Part shown: piece after piece, positions 1 through 9,836 of the stretch
Layout of the letters: the number at the start of each line of letters is the position of its first letter
How positions within the stretch are numbered: the first letter of the stretch is position 1
Source: Nemertoderma westbladi
Taxonomy: Eukaryota; Animalia; Xenacoelomorpha
Reading direction: 5' to 3'
Length of the DNA stretch: 33,206 nt
NCBI GenBank assembly: GCA_032718475.1
Contig: JAUCBJ010001228.1
Span: forward strand, 1-33,206
The notes under the pieces: model-generated
Databases searched by the model: none
Told to the model about the DNA's origin: nothing
Seen by the model: the letters and a program-made list of their open reading frames with translations, nothing else
Program-made: the position numbers and the translations under genes

Positions 1-2268
1 TTGCCCCTACTGCTGTCTATGTCCCACCAATTACTCCGACTGATGTCAGTCTCCCAGTAGTTGCCCCCACTGCTGTCTATATCCCCCCTCATACTGATAC
101 TGATGTCCCCGTTATCTCTATTGCTCCCTCTGATTTAAATACTTGTTCTCCTGCCAAGAAGGTCACCGACCTCATCGATGACTACTTCAGTGATTACATG
201 CCCAATGATGATGATGAATCAGCGATAGCGATACTTGAATCAATAGATCTTCAAGATGAAAACATTTCAGACTTATATATGAGACCACTTACAACCATTT
301 CACCATCTGCAATAGAGTCAGATCCATTTTCACTTGATATATTAGAAGACCTTGGCTGTGATGATTGTCGAGATAAAGACTGGGTACTTTCTGATGATGA
401 GATATCAGAATCTTGTGATGATGAGTACAATAAGAATGAAGAAATTATTAATCCCGGAGTAGGATGCTCTATTTCAAAGAAATCTAAAGTGAAGGCTAAG
501 TACTCAATGAATAAGGAATCAAGTGTTCAAATACCCTACACTAATAATGAAGGTGGTCGTAGTTATGATAAAAAGCAATACTGTTTTTATTGTAAACAGC
601 CGCAGTCAAAATTGCATAACCATTTGACACGAAAGCATTCAAATGAAGATTTTGTCATTCGCATCATGATAGCTGGTTCTTTAGCTGAAAAACATAGTCT
701 ACAGAGCAAGATTCGTAACCTTGGGGCTCATGTACACAATATTGAAGTTCTAGAAAAGAACCAAGGCACATTACAGGTTGTATATCGACATAGTAAGAGC
801 GTTTCAGAATCCCAATGTTATACTGTAGATAACTATGGCCCATGCCCTGTTTGTATGGGGTGGTATTTAAAAGGTGATCTTTGGCGCCATCGTTGCCCAT
901 TGCGTGATATAGGTAAAGAGTCTGGACATGGTTGTCTAGGAACAGGGAGGTGGTCCTATGAAAGTAAACTGCTCATACCCTGTATTGGAAGTCCATCAGA
1001 TCTATCCAAAACGGTGAAAGAGATTATATGTTCTATGAACAACGGCCCAGTTTCTTTTGCTGTAAGGTCAGATGCCTTAATATTGGAATTTGCTAAAAGG
1101 GAGTGCCATAAGAATGGCCATGATTACGACCGTAGAGGTTATATCAGAGATAAGTTGCGTGAACTTGGGCGTCTCTTGATACAATTGAGGGAATGCGAGA
1201 ACATTCCAAGGGCAAAGTTGCAGGATTTCATCATCCCGTCTAAACTAACAGTTATAGTGGATGCAGTATACAAGTTGGCTGGTTTTGATTCTTCGTCCAA
1301 CACCTTTCAGCATCCTTCCCTGGCATTGAAGCTGGGTCACTCTGTAAAGAAATGTGCAACACTATTGAAGGCTAGTTCAATTGAACTAAATGATACTGAT
1401 ACTATGGAGTCTGCGGACAACTTCCTATCACTGTGCACCATAAGATGGCCAATGTCAGTCTCAGGTCATGCACTACGTACCATTCAACAGAACAAGCGTA
1501 ATAAGCCACAATTGCTCCCATTAGTCAGCGACATTGTTAAACTAACTGAATATATTCAGCAAAGGATTCCAGAACATATGTCATTAATTGATAAGGAAAT
1601 TCAAATTAAACAAAGTTGGCAATCCCTTAATGAGCTTGTACTTGCGTACTTAATTATCTTTAACAGACGTAGACAAGGAGAGGTATCGAAAATTAAGGTT
1701 GATGACTTTAGTAAACGTCATCATGTAAATGAGGTGTCAGATGACAATAGCCACTTGGGTGTTCTCGAACAGAACATGTGTCGACTCTTTCAAGTAATGG
1801 AGATTGTTGGTAAATGTGGTCGTACTGTACCAGTTCTTTTAAATGGTAAAACCATCGGAGCTATCGAGTGTTTGTTGAAGTATCGAGAGGAAGTTGGCGT
1901 TAATAGCACGAATGAATATCTCTTTGCTCGTGCGAACTATGGTAGTGTTTCCCACATCCGAGGATATGATGCTCTGCACAGCCTTGTTTCTGTTGTCAAC
2001 CTCACAAATCCAAAGGCTATGACATCTACGAAGTTACGTAAGCATATTGCCACAAGTGTGGCTATGCTAAATCTTAGCGAACAAGACCTCGAGCTGTTGG
2101 CAGGTTTTATGGGCCACGACATACGCGTTCATCGAGAGTTTTACCGCTTACCTGATAAAGTCCAGAGGGTAACCAAGTTATCCAAGCTGTTCATGGTAAT
2201 GGAGAAGGGCAACCTGGCTGAATTTAAAGGGCGTAATCTGGAGGATATCCTGAATGATAATTCTATAG
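1..2268 (+). CDS. Tyrosine recombinase of a Crypton-like DNA transposon, large exon (5' end outside the window)
   Basis: The frame is open from position 3 (APTAVYVPPITPTDV..., Pro/Thr/Val-rich repeats) through the ORF at 198. It has a Zn-finger (CFYCKQPQSKLHNHLTRKH) and YR catalytic motifs: FNRRRQGEV (R), GKCGR (K), STKLRKH (R), FMGHD (H), HREFYRLP (Y). Splice donor AG|GTGAGT at 2268/2269, phase 1. Confidence 0.85.
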
Positions 2269-2598
2269 GTGAGTGTGTCTATTTAATATTTATCTAGGTA
2301 TCTTATCTGTAGGTAAGAGGGGGGGGGGGGGGGGGGTCCAGCGCAATCAAAATGGGGTAAATCGAAGCAAATAACAGCTGATTACTCCCAACAATGAATC
2401 TGTAACCTGTTCTATTGATTGGGTTTATTGTTTTGGTTGGAATAACGTGCGACTTTAATCTGCATCCCTAAATTGATAATTTAACATGAAGGAGAAAATT
2501 AAATTTGGCGAGATGGGATTTCAACTTACAATTTCTGGGTTATGTATTATCTTTCCATTCCTACATTTTACAATAATTTTCATTGTTTTCATTTATAG

Positions 2599-2787
2599 AC
2601 CACCTTATGGACAATTCAGATTCTGATTCTGACGTCGAACCTGTTACTCAAATAGAAGGTTATGATCAAGTTGCTGCTGCTGTTCAAATTGGTGTTGATG
2701 GGATTGATGATCATAGGAGTATTGGTCGGCCATCCCCTACTTCATCCACGAGCAGAGCTATTGGCATATCGAATTTTGAAAATACAG
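2599..2787 (+). CDS. Tyrosine recombinase gene, internal exon (acidic, low-complexity linker)
   Basis: Acceptor ttttcatttatag|AC at 2598/2599 and donor AG|GTTAAG at 2787/2788. Both are phase 1 and keep the frame (DHLMDNSDSDSDVEP...ENT). Confidence 0.65.
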
Positions 2788-2847
2788 GTTAAGAATAAAA
2801 TTTATAATGTATATTTAATGACAAATAATTAAGTTAATATTCATAGG

Positions 2848-2987
2848 TCGAATAATCGAATCGAAGTCGAAATTGTTTACTTGAGTCGAATCGAAATTGT
2901 GCTGAATCGAATCGAAATCGAATCGAAAAATATATGGGAAATCGAAGACGAAAAATTGCTTTCGATTCGATTCGATGCAAGTCCCTG
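2848..2987. repeat. TCGAA(T/A)-rich short-repeat cluster ending in GCAAGTCCCTG; probable MITE terminus in intron 2
   Basis: Many ATCGAA/TTCGAT units in both orientations. The end reads CAGGGACTTGC on the minus strand, resembling hAT-type termini. The other end was not identified. Confidence 0.35.
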
Positions 2988-3610
2988 CCCTGAGGTCGAT
3001 AAAATGAGTACCAGTTAAATAACTGGGAGCAATTCTTAGGATAGGAGTAGCGTCCACCCCTACCTTCGGGTATCCTCAGGCTTCAGCCGACTATTTTGTG
3101 CTTAAAAGCTGAACTTTTATTAATAACATGAAAATTTTAGGTATTCATGTCTTATTCTTTTTAAAAATTCCCCGTTTTGATAATAGAAAATAATGTCAAT
3201 TAACATAACTTTTTTCAATGAAATTCACCGTCATTGTTTTTATCGAAACGGTAACATTATATTAATGAATAATTATTTTACTCTATGGGAAATTAACTTT
3301 ATTTGTACTGTTGCTGTAAAGAATTCAGCATCTTGTACTTTAGCCAAGAACAAGAAGAGTACTGCTTGTTTGTATAAAGAGTAGTAGTGTGCAATAAATT
3401 GCTTTGTATGGTGTGTTATACTTATTTAATTCCATAATATTAATATTTCATTCATGTTACAATGCTACATTGTAAGCAACTTATTAGAAATTAAATAGAA
3501 AAATGGCACATTTTGGCATTAAATATTGTAATCATATTATTGTGCTTATGGTATCCTAAACGTGATAAAGTGATAACGTTAATTATTCACATCTATCTTT
3601 TTTTATTCAG

Positions 3611-3849
3611 TACCGGTACGCAAACCAATAATAAAAAGACCCTGGACCATGGCGGAATCAAAGACCTTGACGAATCTTAATGGAATTCAGGAGATGCTTT
3701 TACTTGAAAAGCTACCAGGTAAAGATCCTCTGGAAAAGTTAATAATTGAAAATCCCGTGCTAAGTGGTAGAACATGGCGAAATGTCAAAGACTATTATCG
3801 GAACAATCGGAAGAAAATCTTAGAAGAGCTATCAGTGAAAAACAACTAA
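3611..3849 (+). CDS. Tyrosine recombinase gene, terminal exon with a Myb/SANT-like helix-turn-helix
   Basis: Acceptor ttttttattcag|TA at 3610/3611, phase 1, in frame with the ORF at 3649. Translation: KRPWTMAE...LSGRTWRNVKDYYRN (PW..E...RT...VKD.WRN-like pattern). Stop TAA at 3847-3849. Confidence 0.7.
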
Positions 3850-3863
3850 AACACAAGTAGCTG

Positions 3864-4099
3864 ACAAAAAGTACATCGTTTTGTTAACCCAAAACAATGC
3901 TTGTTGACACAGACATTTATTTTCGTTATCGAAGCGGGGAACATAACTGAATTCATATTATTAAAGTTAATCATATGGAAGGAGAGTATATGAGCAACGA
4001 CTCCCGGTTAGATCTAAATGTAGGGCGTGGCGTGGATGAGATGAACTTTCAGGAGTTGCTTAATTAACATTTAATTAAATTAAACGTCTGCTTTACGTT
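3864..4099 (+). repeat. 236-bp direct repeat, copy 1
   Basis: ACAAAAAGTACATCG...CTGCTTTACGTT appears identical by eye to 5886-6121. Confidence 0.95.
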
Positions 4100-4253
4100 C
4101 ATATTTTGTAGTAACTACTGTGCATATTTGTTGTATTTTGTTTTAATATACAAATGTTTTATTTGTATTGTATTTTGTATTGTGCAGTAAACTATGTACT
4201 AAGTTGTGAATAGATAAGGCATTATAATACATCATTATGTCGGGATACAGTAA

Positions 4254-5887
4254 ATTTTGTAGTACTGATTACCAGTTGTTCGTATTTTGTAGTACGGATT
4301 ACCAGTTGTTCGTATTATGTAGTACGGATTACCAGTTGTTCGTATTATGTAGTACTGATTACCAGTTGTTCGTATTATGTAGTACTGCTTACCAGTTGTT
4401 CGTATTTTGTAGTACGGATTACCAGTTGTTCGTATTTTGTAGTACGGATTACCAGTTGTTCGTATTATGTAGTACTGATTACCAGTTGTTCGTATTATGT
4501 AGTACTGCTTACCAGTTGTTCGTATTTTGTAGTACGGATTACCAGTTGTTCGTATTATATAGTACTGATTACCAGTTGTTCGTATTATGTAGTACGGATT
4601 ACCAGTTGTTCGTATTTTGTAGTACTGATTACCAGTTGTTCATATTATGTAGTACTGATTACCAGTTGTTCGTATTATGTAGTACTGATTACCAGTTGTT
4701 CGTATTTTGTAGTACGGATTACCAGTTGTTCGTATTTTGTAGTACTGATTACCAGTTGTTCGTATTTTGTAGTACTGATTACCAGTTGTTCATATTATGT
4801 AGTACTGATTACCAGTTGTTCGTATTATGTAGTACTGATTACCAGTTGTTCGTATTTTGTAGTACTGATTACCAGTTGTTCATATTATGTAGTACTGATT
4901 ACCAGTTGTTCGTATTATGTAGTACTGATTACCAGTTGTTCGTATTTTGTAGTACGGATTACCAGTTGTTCGTATTTTGTAGTACTGATTACCAGTTGTT
5001 CGTATTTTGTAGTACTGATTACCAGTTGTTCATATTATGTAGTACTGATTACCAGTTGTTCGTATTATGTAGTACTGATTACCAGTTGTTCGTATTTTGT
5101 AGTACGGATTACCAGTTGTTCGTATTTTGTAGTACTGATTACCAGTTGTTCATATTATGTAGTACTGATTACCAGTTGTTCGTATTATGTAGTACTGATT
5201 ACCAGTTGTTTTATTTTGTAGTACTGATTACCAGTTGTTCATATTATGTAGTACTGATTACCAGTTGTTCGTATTATGTAGTACTGATTACCAGTTGTTC
5301 GTATTTTGTAGTACGGATTACCAGTTGTTCGTATTTTGTAGTACTGATTACCAGTTGTTCGTATTTTGTAGTACTGATTACCAGTTGTTCATATTATGTA
5401 GTACTGATTACCAGTTGTTCATATTATGTAGTACTGATTACCAGTTGTTTTATTTTGTAGTACTGATTACCAGTTGTTCGTATTATGTAGTACTGATTAC
5501 CAGTTGTTCGTATTTTGTAGTACGGATTACCAGTTGTTCGTATTTTGTAGTACTGATTACCAGTTGTTCGTATTTTGTAGTACTGATTACCAGTTGTTCA
5601 TATTATGTAGTACTGATTACCAGTTGTTCGTATTATGTAGTACTGATTACCAGTTGTTTTATTTTGTAGTACTGATTACCAGTTGTTCGTATTATGTAGT
5701 ACTGATTACCAGTTGTTTTATTTTGTAGTACTGATTACCAGTTGTTCGTATTATGTAGTACTGATTACCAGTTGTTTTATTTTGTAGTACTGATTACCAG
5801 TTGTTCGTATTATATAGTACTGATTACCAGTTGTTCGTATTTTGTAGTACTGATTACCAGTTGTTCGTATTTTGTAGTACTGATTAC
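4254..5887 (+). repeat. 30-bp minisatellite, about 54-55 units
   Basis: Unit AGTACTGATTACCAGTTGTTCGTATT(T/A)TGT with a few recurring variants and several 29-bp units in the 3' part. There are no unique spacers. Confidence 0.98.
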
Positions 5888-6121
5888 AAAAAGTACATCG
5901 TTTTGTTAACCCAAAACAATGCTTGTTGACACAGACATTTATTTTCGTTATCGAAGCGGGGAACATAACTGAATTCATATTATTAAAGTTAATCATATGG
6001 AAGGAGAGTATATGAGCAACGACTCCCGGTTAGATCTAAATGTAGGGCGTGGCGTGGATGAGATGAACTTTCAGGAGTTGCTTAATTAACATTTAATTAA
6101 ATTAAACGTCTGCTTTACGTT
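5886..6121 (+). repeat. 236-bp direct repeat, copy 2
   Basis: Matches 3864-4099 at an offset of 2022 and starts exactly where the minisatellite ends. Confidence 0.95.
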
Positions 6122-6708
6122 TAGGATTAATGTTTTGTGGACATTTAGCTATTGAACTGTTATGAAACGGTTGGAAAATTTATTTTTTTGAAACTTTTTC
6201 CCTAACCGAAGACAAGATAGTCTATAACGTTAGATTAGCGTAATTAACGTAAATTTTTGCAGCGTCTTATGTAACTGAATTTTCTAATTAACCATAGTAG
6301 TGTGCTCACCTAACCCTGAGTTGGGAAACCGCAAGTTTGTATCTATTGTGGTTTTATTGACTTCAATTATATCGTATTTTTTTCAAAAACAAGTTCCCCT
6401 GGAAACTTTTTTTTCACATGATGAGACCCCTAGGGCACACGATGCGTCCTGGTCCTTATACATACATGCAAAATTTAAGGACACTTTTAAAGATATGATT
6501 TTGCTGGAATAAAAAATACAACATGAGGAAAAGTGCACATATGTACAGTATACACCATCTCTGCAAACGAAGGAAAATTGTTTTATTAGAGTTGATTTTC
6601 ATTAGCTTCGTACATATTGGAACAGTTTTTGAACATATTAATATGTTTAATTAAAATACATGTAATTAGCCATGCATTTCTACTAACAAAATAAAGGCAC
6701 AACATTTT

Positions 6709-7155
6709 CAAACCGGGGAGCGACACATTCAATTATTGGTTTATGGAAATTTGCGACATATGTAGAGGTACCGGTAATCTACTTAGTTCTTACTAGGCGG
6801 GATAGTAGCAAACCGGGGACTGTCACACTCCGTTATTGGCTTCGTATAATTTTTCACCTACGATTTTGCGACATCTAGCGGCGAATATTACAAAGCGGGG
6901 AGCACGGATATTTTTCACACAAAGCGGGGACCATAAATTCCGATACACTCCACATTCATAGACACACCAAGTTCGCTTCATAAACACAAACCGGGGATGA
7001 TATAAAATAAAATTATATTTATAAAAAATGACGTCATACTGATTATATTTGACCTCCTTAATATGATTATAGACGTCTTACAAACCGGGGAGCTCCCCGG
7101 TTTGCAATCGCTCCCCGCTTTGCGGGTCAAAAGTACAGTATGTCTCCCCGGTTTG
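6709..7155. repeat. Subterminal array of nine CAAA(C/G)CGGGGA motifs including a perfect 24-bp palindrome
   Basis: Forward copies at 6709, 6809, 6891, 6920, 6987 and 7081. Reverse copies end at 7104, 7122 and 7155. Palindrome CAAACCGGGGAGCTCCCCGGTTTG at 7081-7104. Confidence 0.9.
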
Positions 7156-7168
7156 CACCATCCGGCAG

Positions 7169-7170
<2 letters not shown>

Positions 7171-7238
<68 letters not shown>
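7171..7238. repeat. (CA)34 microsatellite
   Basis: Perfect CA dinucleotide run. Confidence 0.99.
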
Positions 7239-7242
<4 letters not shown>

Positions 7243-8153
7243 CCTCGCACCTACCGGTAGCCGGCGGTTGTATCAGAGTTTAACTACCAGTAGCTAGCTG
7301 ATTTTACTACATATACCAACAACGCTAAACTGTAGAATGGCAGAATGGCCACGACAGCAACCATAGCTCTTTAGCGTTACCGGTACCGTACTTACTAATA
7401 ATAAAATTAAATTAAGTCGACATGGGGGTTCGTGAATGCAGCATTAGAGGAGGCCCACCTAACAATAGGCTTACTGGTACCGGCACCATAGCACTCTTGT
7501 ACCTGTATACTTGGATAGCGCAAGAGCATGCTGGTTTCTTTGATTAAAGGATTAGGCTATTACACTTGAATGCTTCCAATTTTCTGTTTACAACTTTAAT
7601 TGGTCTAATCTACATTACTGTGTGCTACTGTTGCATAGGTAAGCCTATACAGCTATAGTTAACTTTATGCGGCTCCTTTTCGAATGTTGACCCAATATGC
7701 TTTACGGTTAACCTTTAGAACACACGGATAGGCACACAATCATTTGTTAGACATATAGGCCTAATGACAACGGTACTCCTCAACTGAAAGCCCTCCACCA
7801 CATTGATACAATAGGTATGGTTAGGCATCGGTAGCGCTATAGGCCCTATAAAATCCCCTCGCACTCTGTTACTCTAGCTGATACAATAGGTGTGGTTTGA
7901 GGTATAACTATATAAAATCCACCACATTCTCTGGTTACTAACATTCACTCTATGTTAACGATCCTATATAAAACATAGTTAGTTAGTTTATTTTATTTAT
8001 TTATGCGTCCGCTTTTTAAGTTAAATTACATATAATATAGACATACACAGACCGGTAACATTTAGGTCTACTTTACAGCTTTATAAATGCAGAAATGAGT
8101 ATGAGTGTACGGGTGTACAGGTGTAGGCCTACTAGTTAGATAGCAGTATCCAT

Positions 8154-8582
8154 CTATGAAAAATGTTGATGATTACCGGTAGGCCTATTATTATTATTAC
8201 AGGTAGGCGTTGCTAGTTTAATTTCTTTCCAAATAGTCTCCATCGGTTCTGGTATAGTTGCAGCGGTCTCTGTTTCCCAATTCTCTTGTAGTGGTATTAA
8301 TTCGTTTTGATTACCGGTAACTTCTTCTTCTTCTTCCGTTCCTGGATTTATTCTTATGTTCAAAGTAAAGTTTTTTGTTGTTTCTAACTTTGTAACACCG
8401 TGTTTGTGATTGATGATATTGGTAAATCCGATTTCAAATTTTTTATTAATGTATCTGATTTCCAAATCAGATACGTTTGAGGATGACACAAAAGTATCCT
8501 CACTCTCAAAATCGAACTTTATGCTGCTTTTCAACGACCGGTTGTTGATATAGGCGAAATATATATATATATCATATATCAT
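8154..8582 (-). CDS. Hypothetical protein, last gene of the pPolB cassette
   Basis: 142-aa ORF co-oriented with the pPolB and TBP-like genes, with a beta-like core and an acidic tail. TATA-like sequence upstream (~8615-8628) and AATAAA on the minus strand near 7987-8002. The start codon is uncertain and I recognise no family. Confidence 0.45.
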   Translation of the reverse strand: MIYDIYIYFAYINNRSLKSSIKFDFESEDTFVSSSNVSDLEIRYINKKFEIGFTNIINHKHGVTKLETTKNFTLNIRINPGTEEEEEVTGNQNELIPLQENWETETAATIPEPMETIWKEIKLATPTCNNNNRPTGNHQHFS

Positions 8583-9305
8583 CTATATATATCATCTTCT
8601 TGCTGTCTCAGGTTAGTTTATATATATAGTCTACTAAGGGTAACAGACAGGGTGGATACAGTATACCGGTATTTTTATTTTTTTTCTTATTTTGGTTAAC
8701 AAAATTATAGGTCATTGTTTGAAAATTGAGTTTATATATATTTTTGTAGGGGGTCGCAGATGTTTACATTACAAAATTCACATAGTTAACAAAATGTAGA
8801 ACATAAACCTTTCCCATGCGGATTAGCGATATATGCTCTGTTCATTGTTCTATTCTGAATGTAGGGAGATGCATAGCGGATGTTTTAATAATAATATGTG
8901 CCTGTATACAGACTAGTAACAGATAGGATGGCGTCGTCTTTGACTATGAATACCAGCACATACCCCTAATTTTTTTCTCACTGAGCTTAGCGTTGCCTGC
9001 TGTACACATGCACACTCATAAGTAACAGATGCGCTATAGTAGCTCACCCGTGAGCAACAATGCTTAGTTAGCTAGCTAGCTAGCTACGGCTGCTGAGTAT
9101 ACTATGCCTACTTGAGTGTTACAGGCAATCGCTCTACTGAAGTTAGTTAGTTAATTTTCCATCAAACTAGTTGTTGATTTAAAAAAAAATATTCATAAAT
9201 TTCTTCTCCCTCCAATTTAATATATATATATATATATTTTACAGTAAAAATCTCCACCACCACCAAACAGCATCAACAATAAATTTCACTCACACTAATT
9301 ATATT

Positions 9306-9836
9306 TTACATCAAAAACAATAATAAATTATTAACCAGTTTGATGAATATAGGATAATATATATGAAATTTAAACGGGGAACACATTAATGTACATTTAC
9401 CAGTGTAGAAACAGCAAACAACAACAATATTATTTATTCTGACTTTACAGTTATTGAATATTTCAGGGTCGTATGAAATTTCTAGTTTAACATTATCAAA
9501 TATAACATAAAACCCGATATTGTTTATAAGTAACCTATAAATTACAGTATCGATACTAAAAATATAAGTACACAAATTGATTGATTTAAAAATCAAATTA
9601 ATGTTTGTTTTTTCTAATATATGTTTTTTCACTTTATTAAAATTATATTTTCTACCGAGAATTGTTATTCGTCCATTTGTAAATATTAATATAGTTGCAC
9701 CAAATACCTTATATATAAACTGATTAGGTTTGAGTACAATTTTACCATTCAATTGATTTTTTAATTCTTTTAAATTAAGTCCAAAAATAATCTGCTTACA
9801 ACTTATATTTTTATTTACTATTTGATAATTCATCAT
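9306..9836 (-). CDS. Divergent TATA-box-binding-protein (TBP)-like protein
   Basis: Two TBP-type repeats: YQIVN...LNLKEL...ATILIFTNGRITILG (cf. TBP TALIFSSGKMVCTG) and ISYDPEIF...VVCCFYTGKCTLM (cf. SSYEPELF...VLLIFVSGKVVLTG). It is intronless and about 175 aa. The likely ATG is at 9836 or 9833, overlapping the pPolB C-terminus. Confidence 0.75.
   Translation of the reverse strand: MMNYQIVNKNISCKQIIFGLNLKELKNQLNGKIVLKPNQFIYKVFGATILIFTNGRITILGRKYNFNKVKKHILEKTNINLIFKSINLCTYIFSIDTVIYRLLINNIGFYVIFDNVKLEISYDPEIFNNCKVRINNIVVVCCFYTGKCTLMCSPFKFHIYYPIFIKLVNNLLLFLM

Larger units (their letters stand above)
1..7170 (+). mobile_element. Crypton-like (probably CryptonV-type) tyrosine-recombinase transposon, right portion
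   Basis: Spliced YR gene with no RT, a subterminal array of CAAA(C/G)CGGGGA motifs at 6709-7155, and an abrupt junction with a (CA)n tract at 7171. The left end is outside the window. Confidence 0.6.

Noticed and set aside
2988-3030. GAGGTCGATAAAATGAGTACCAG, reminiscent of a conserved SINE central domain
   Set aside because: The match is too short and no tRNA-like head with A/B boxes was seen, so I cannot support it without a search.
4237-5996. 407-aa, 144-aa, 84-aa and 81-aa repetitive ORFs, and a possible CRISPR-like array
   Set aside because: They are translations of a stop-free 30-bp minisatellite. There are no unique spacers and no cas genes, and the context is eukaryotic.
6978-7260. 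ORFs with VCVC and HTHT runs
   Set aside because: They are produced by the (CA)n microsatellite.
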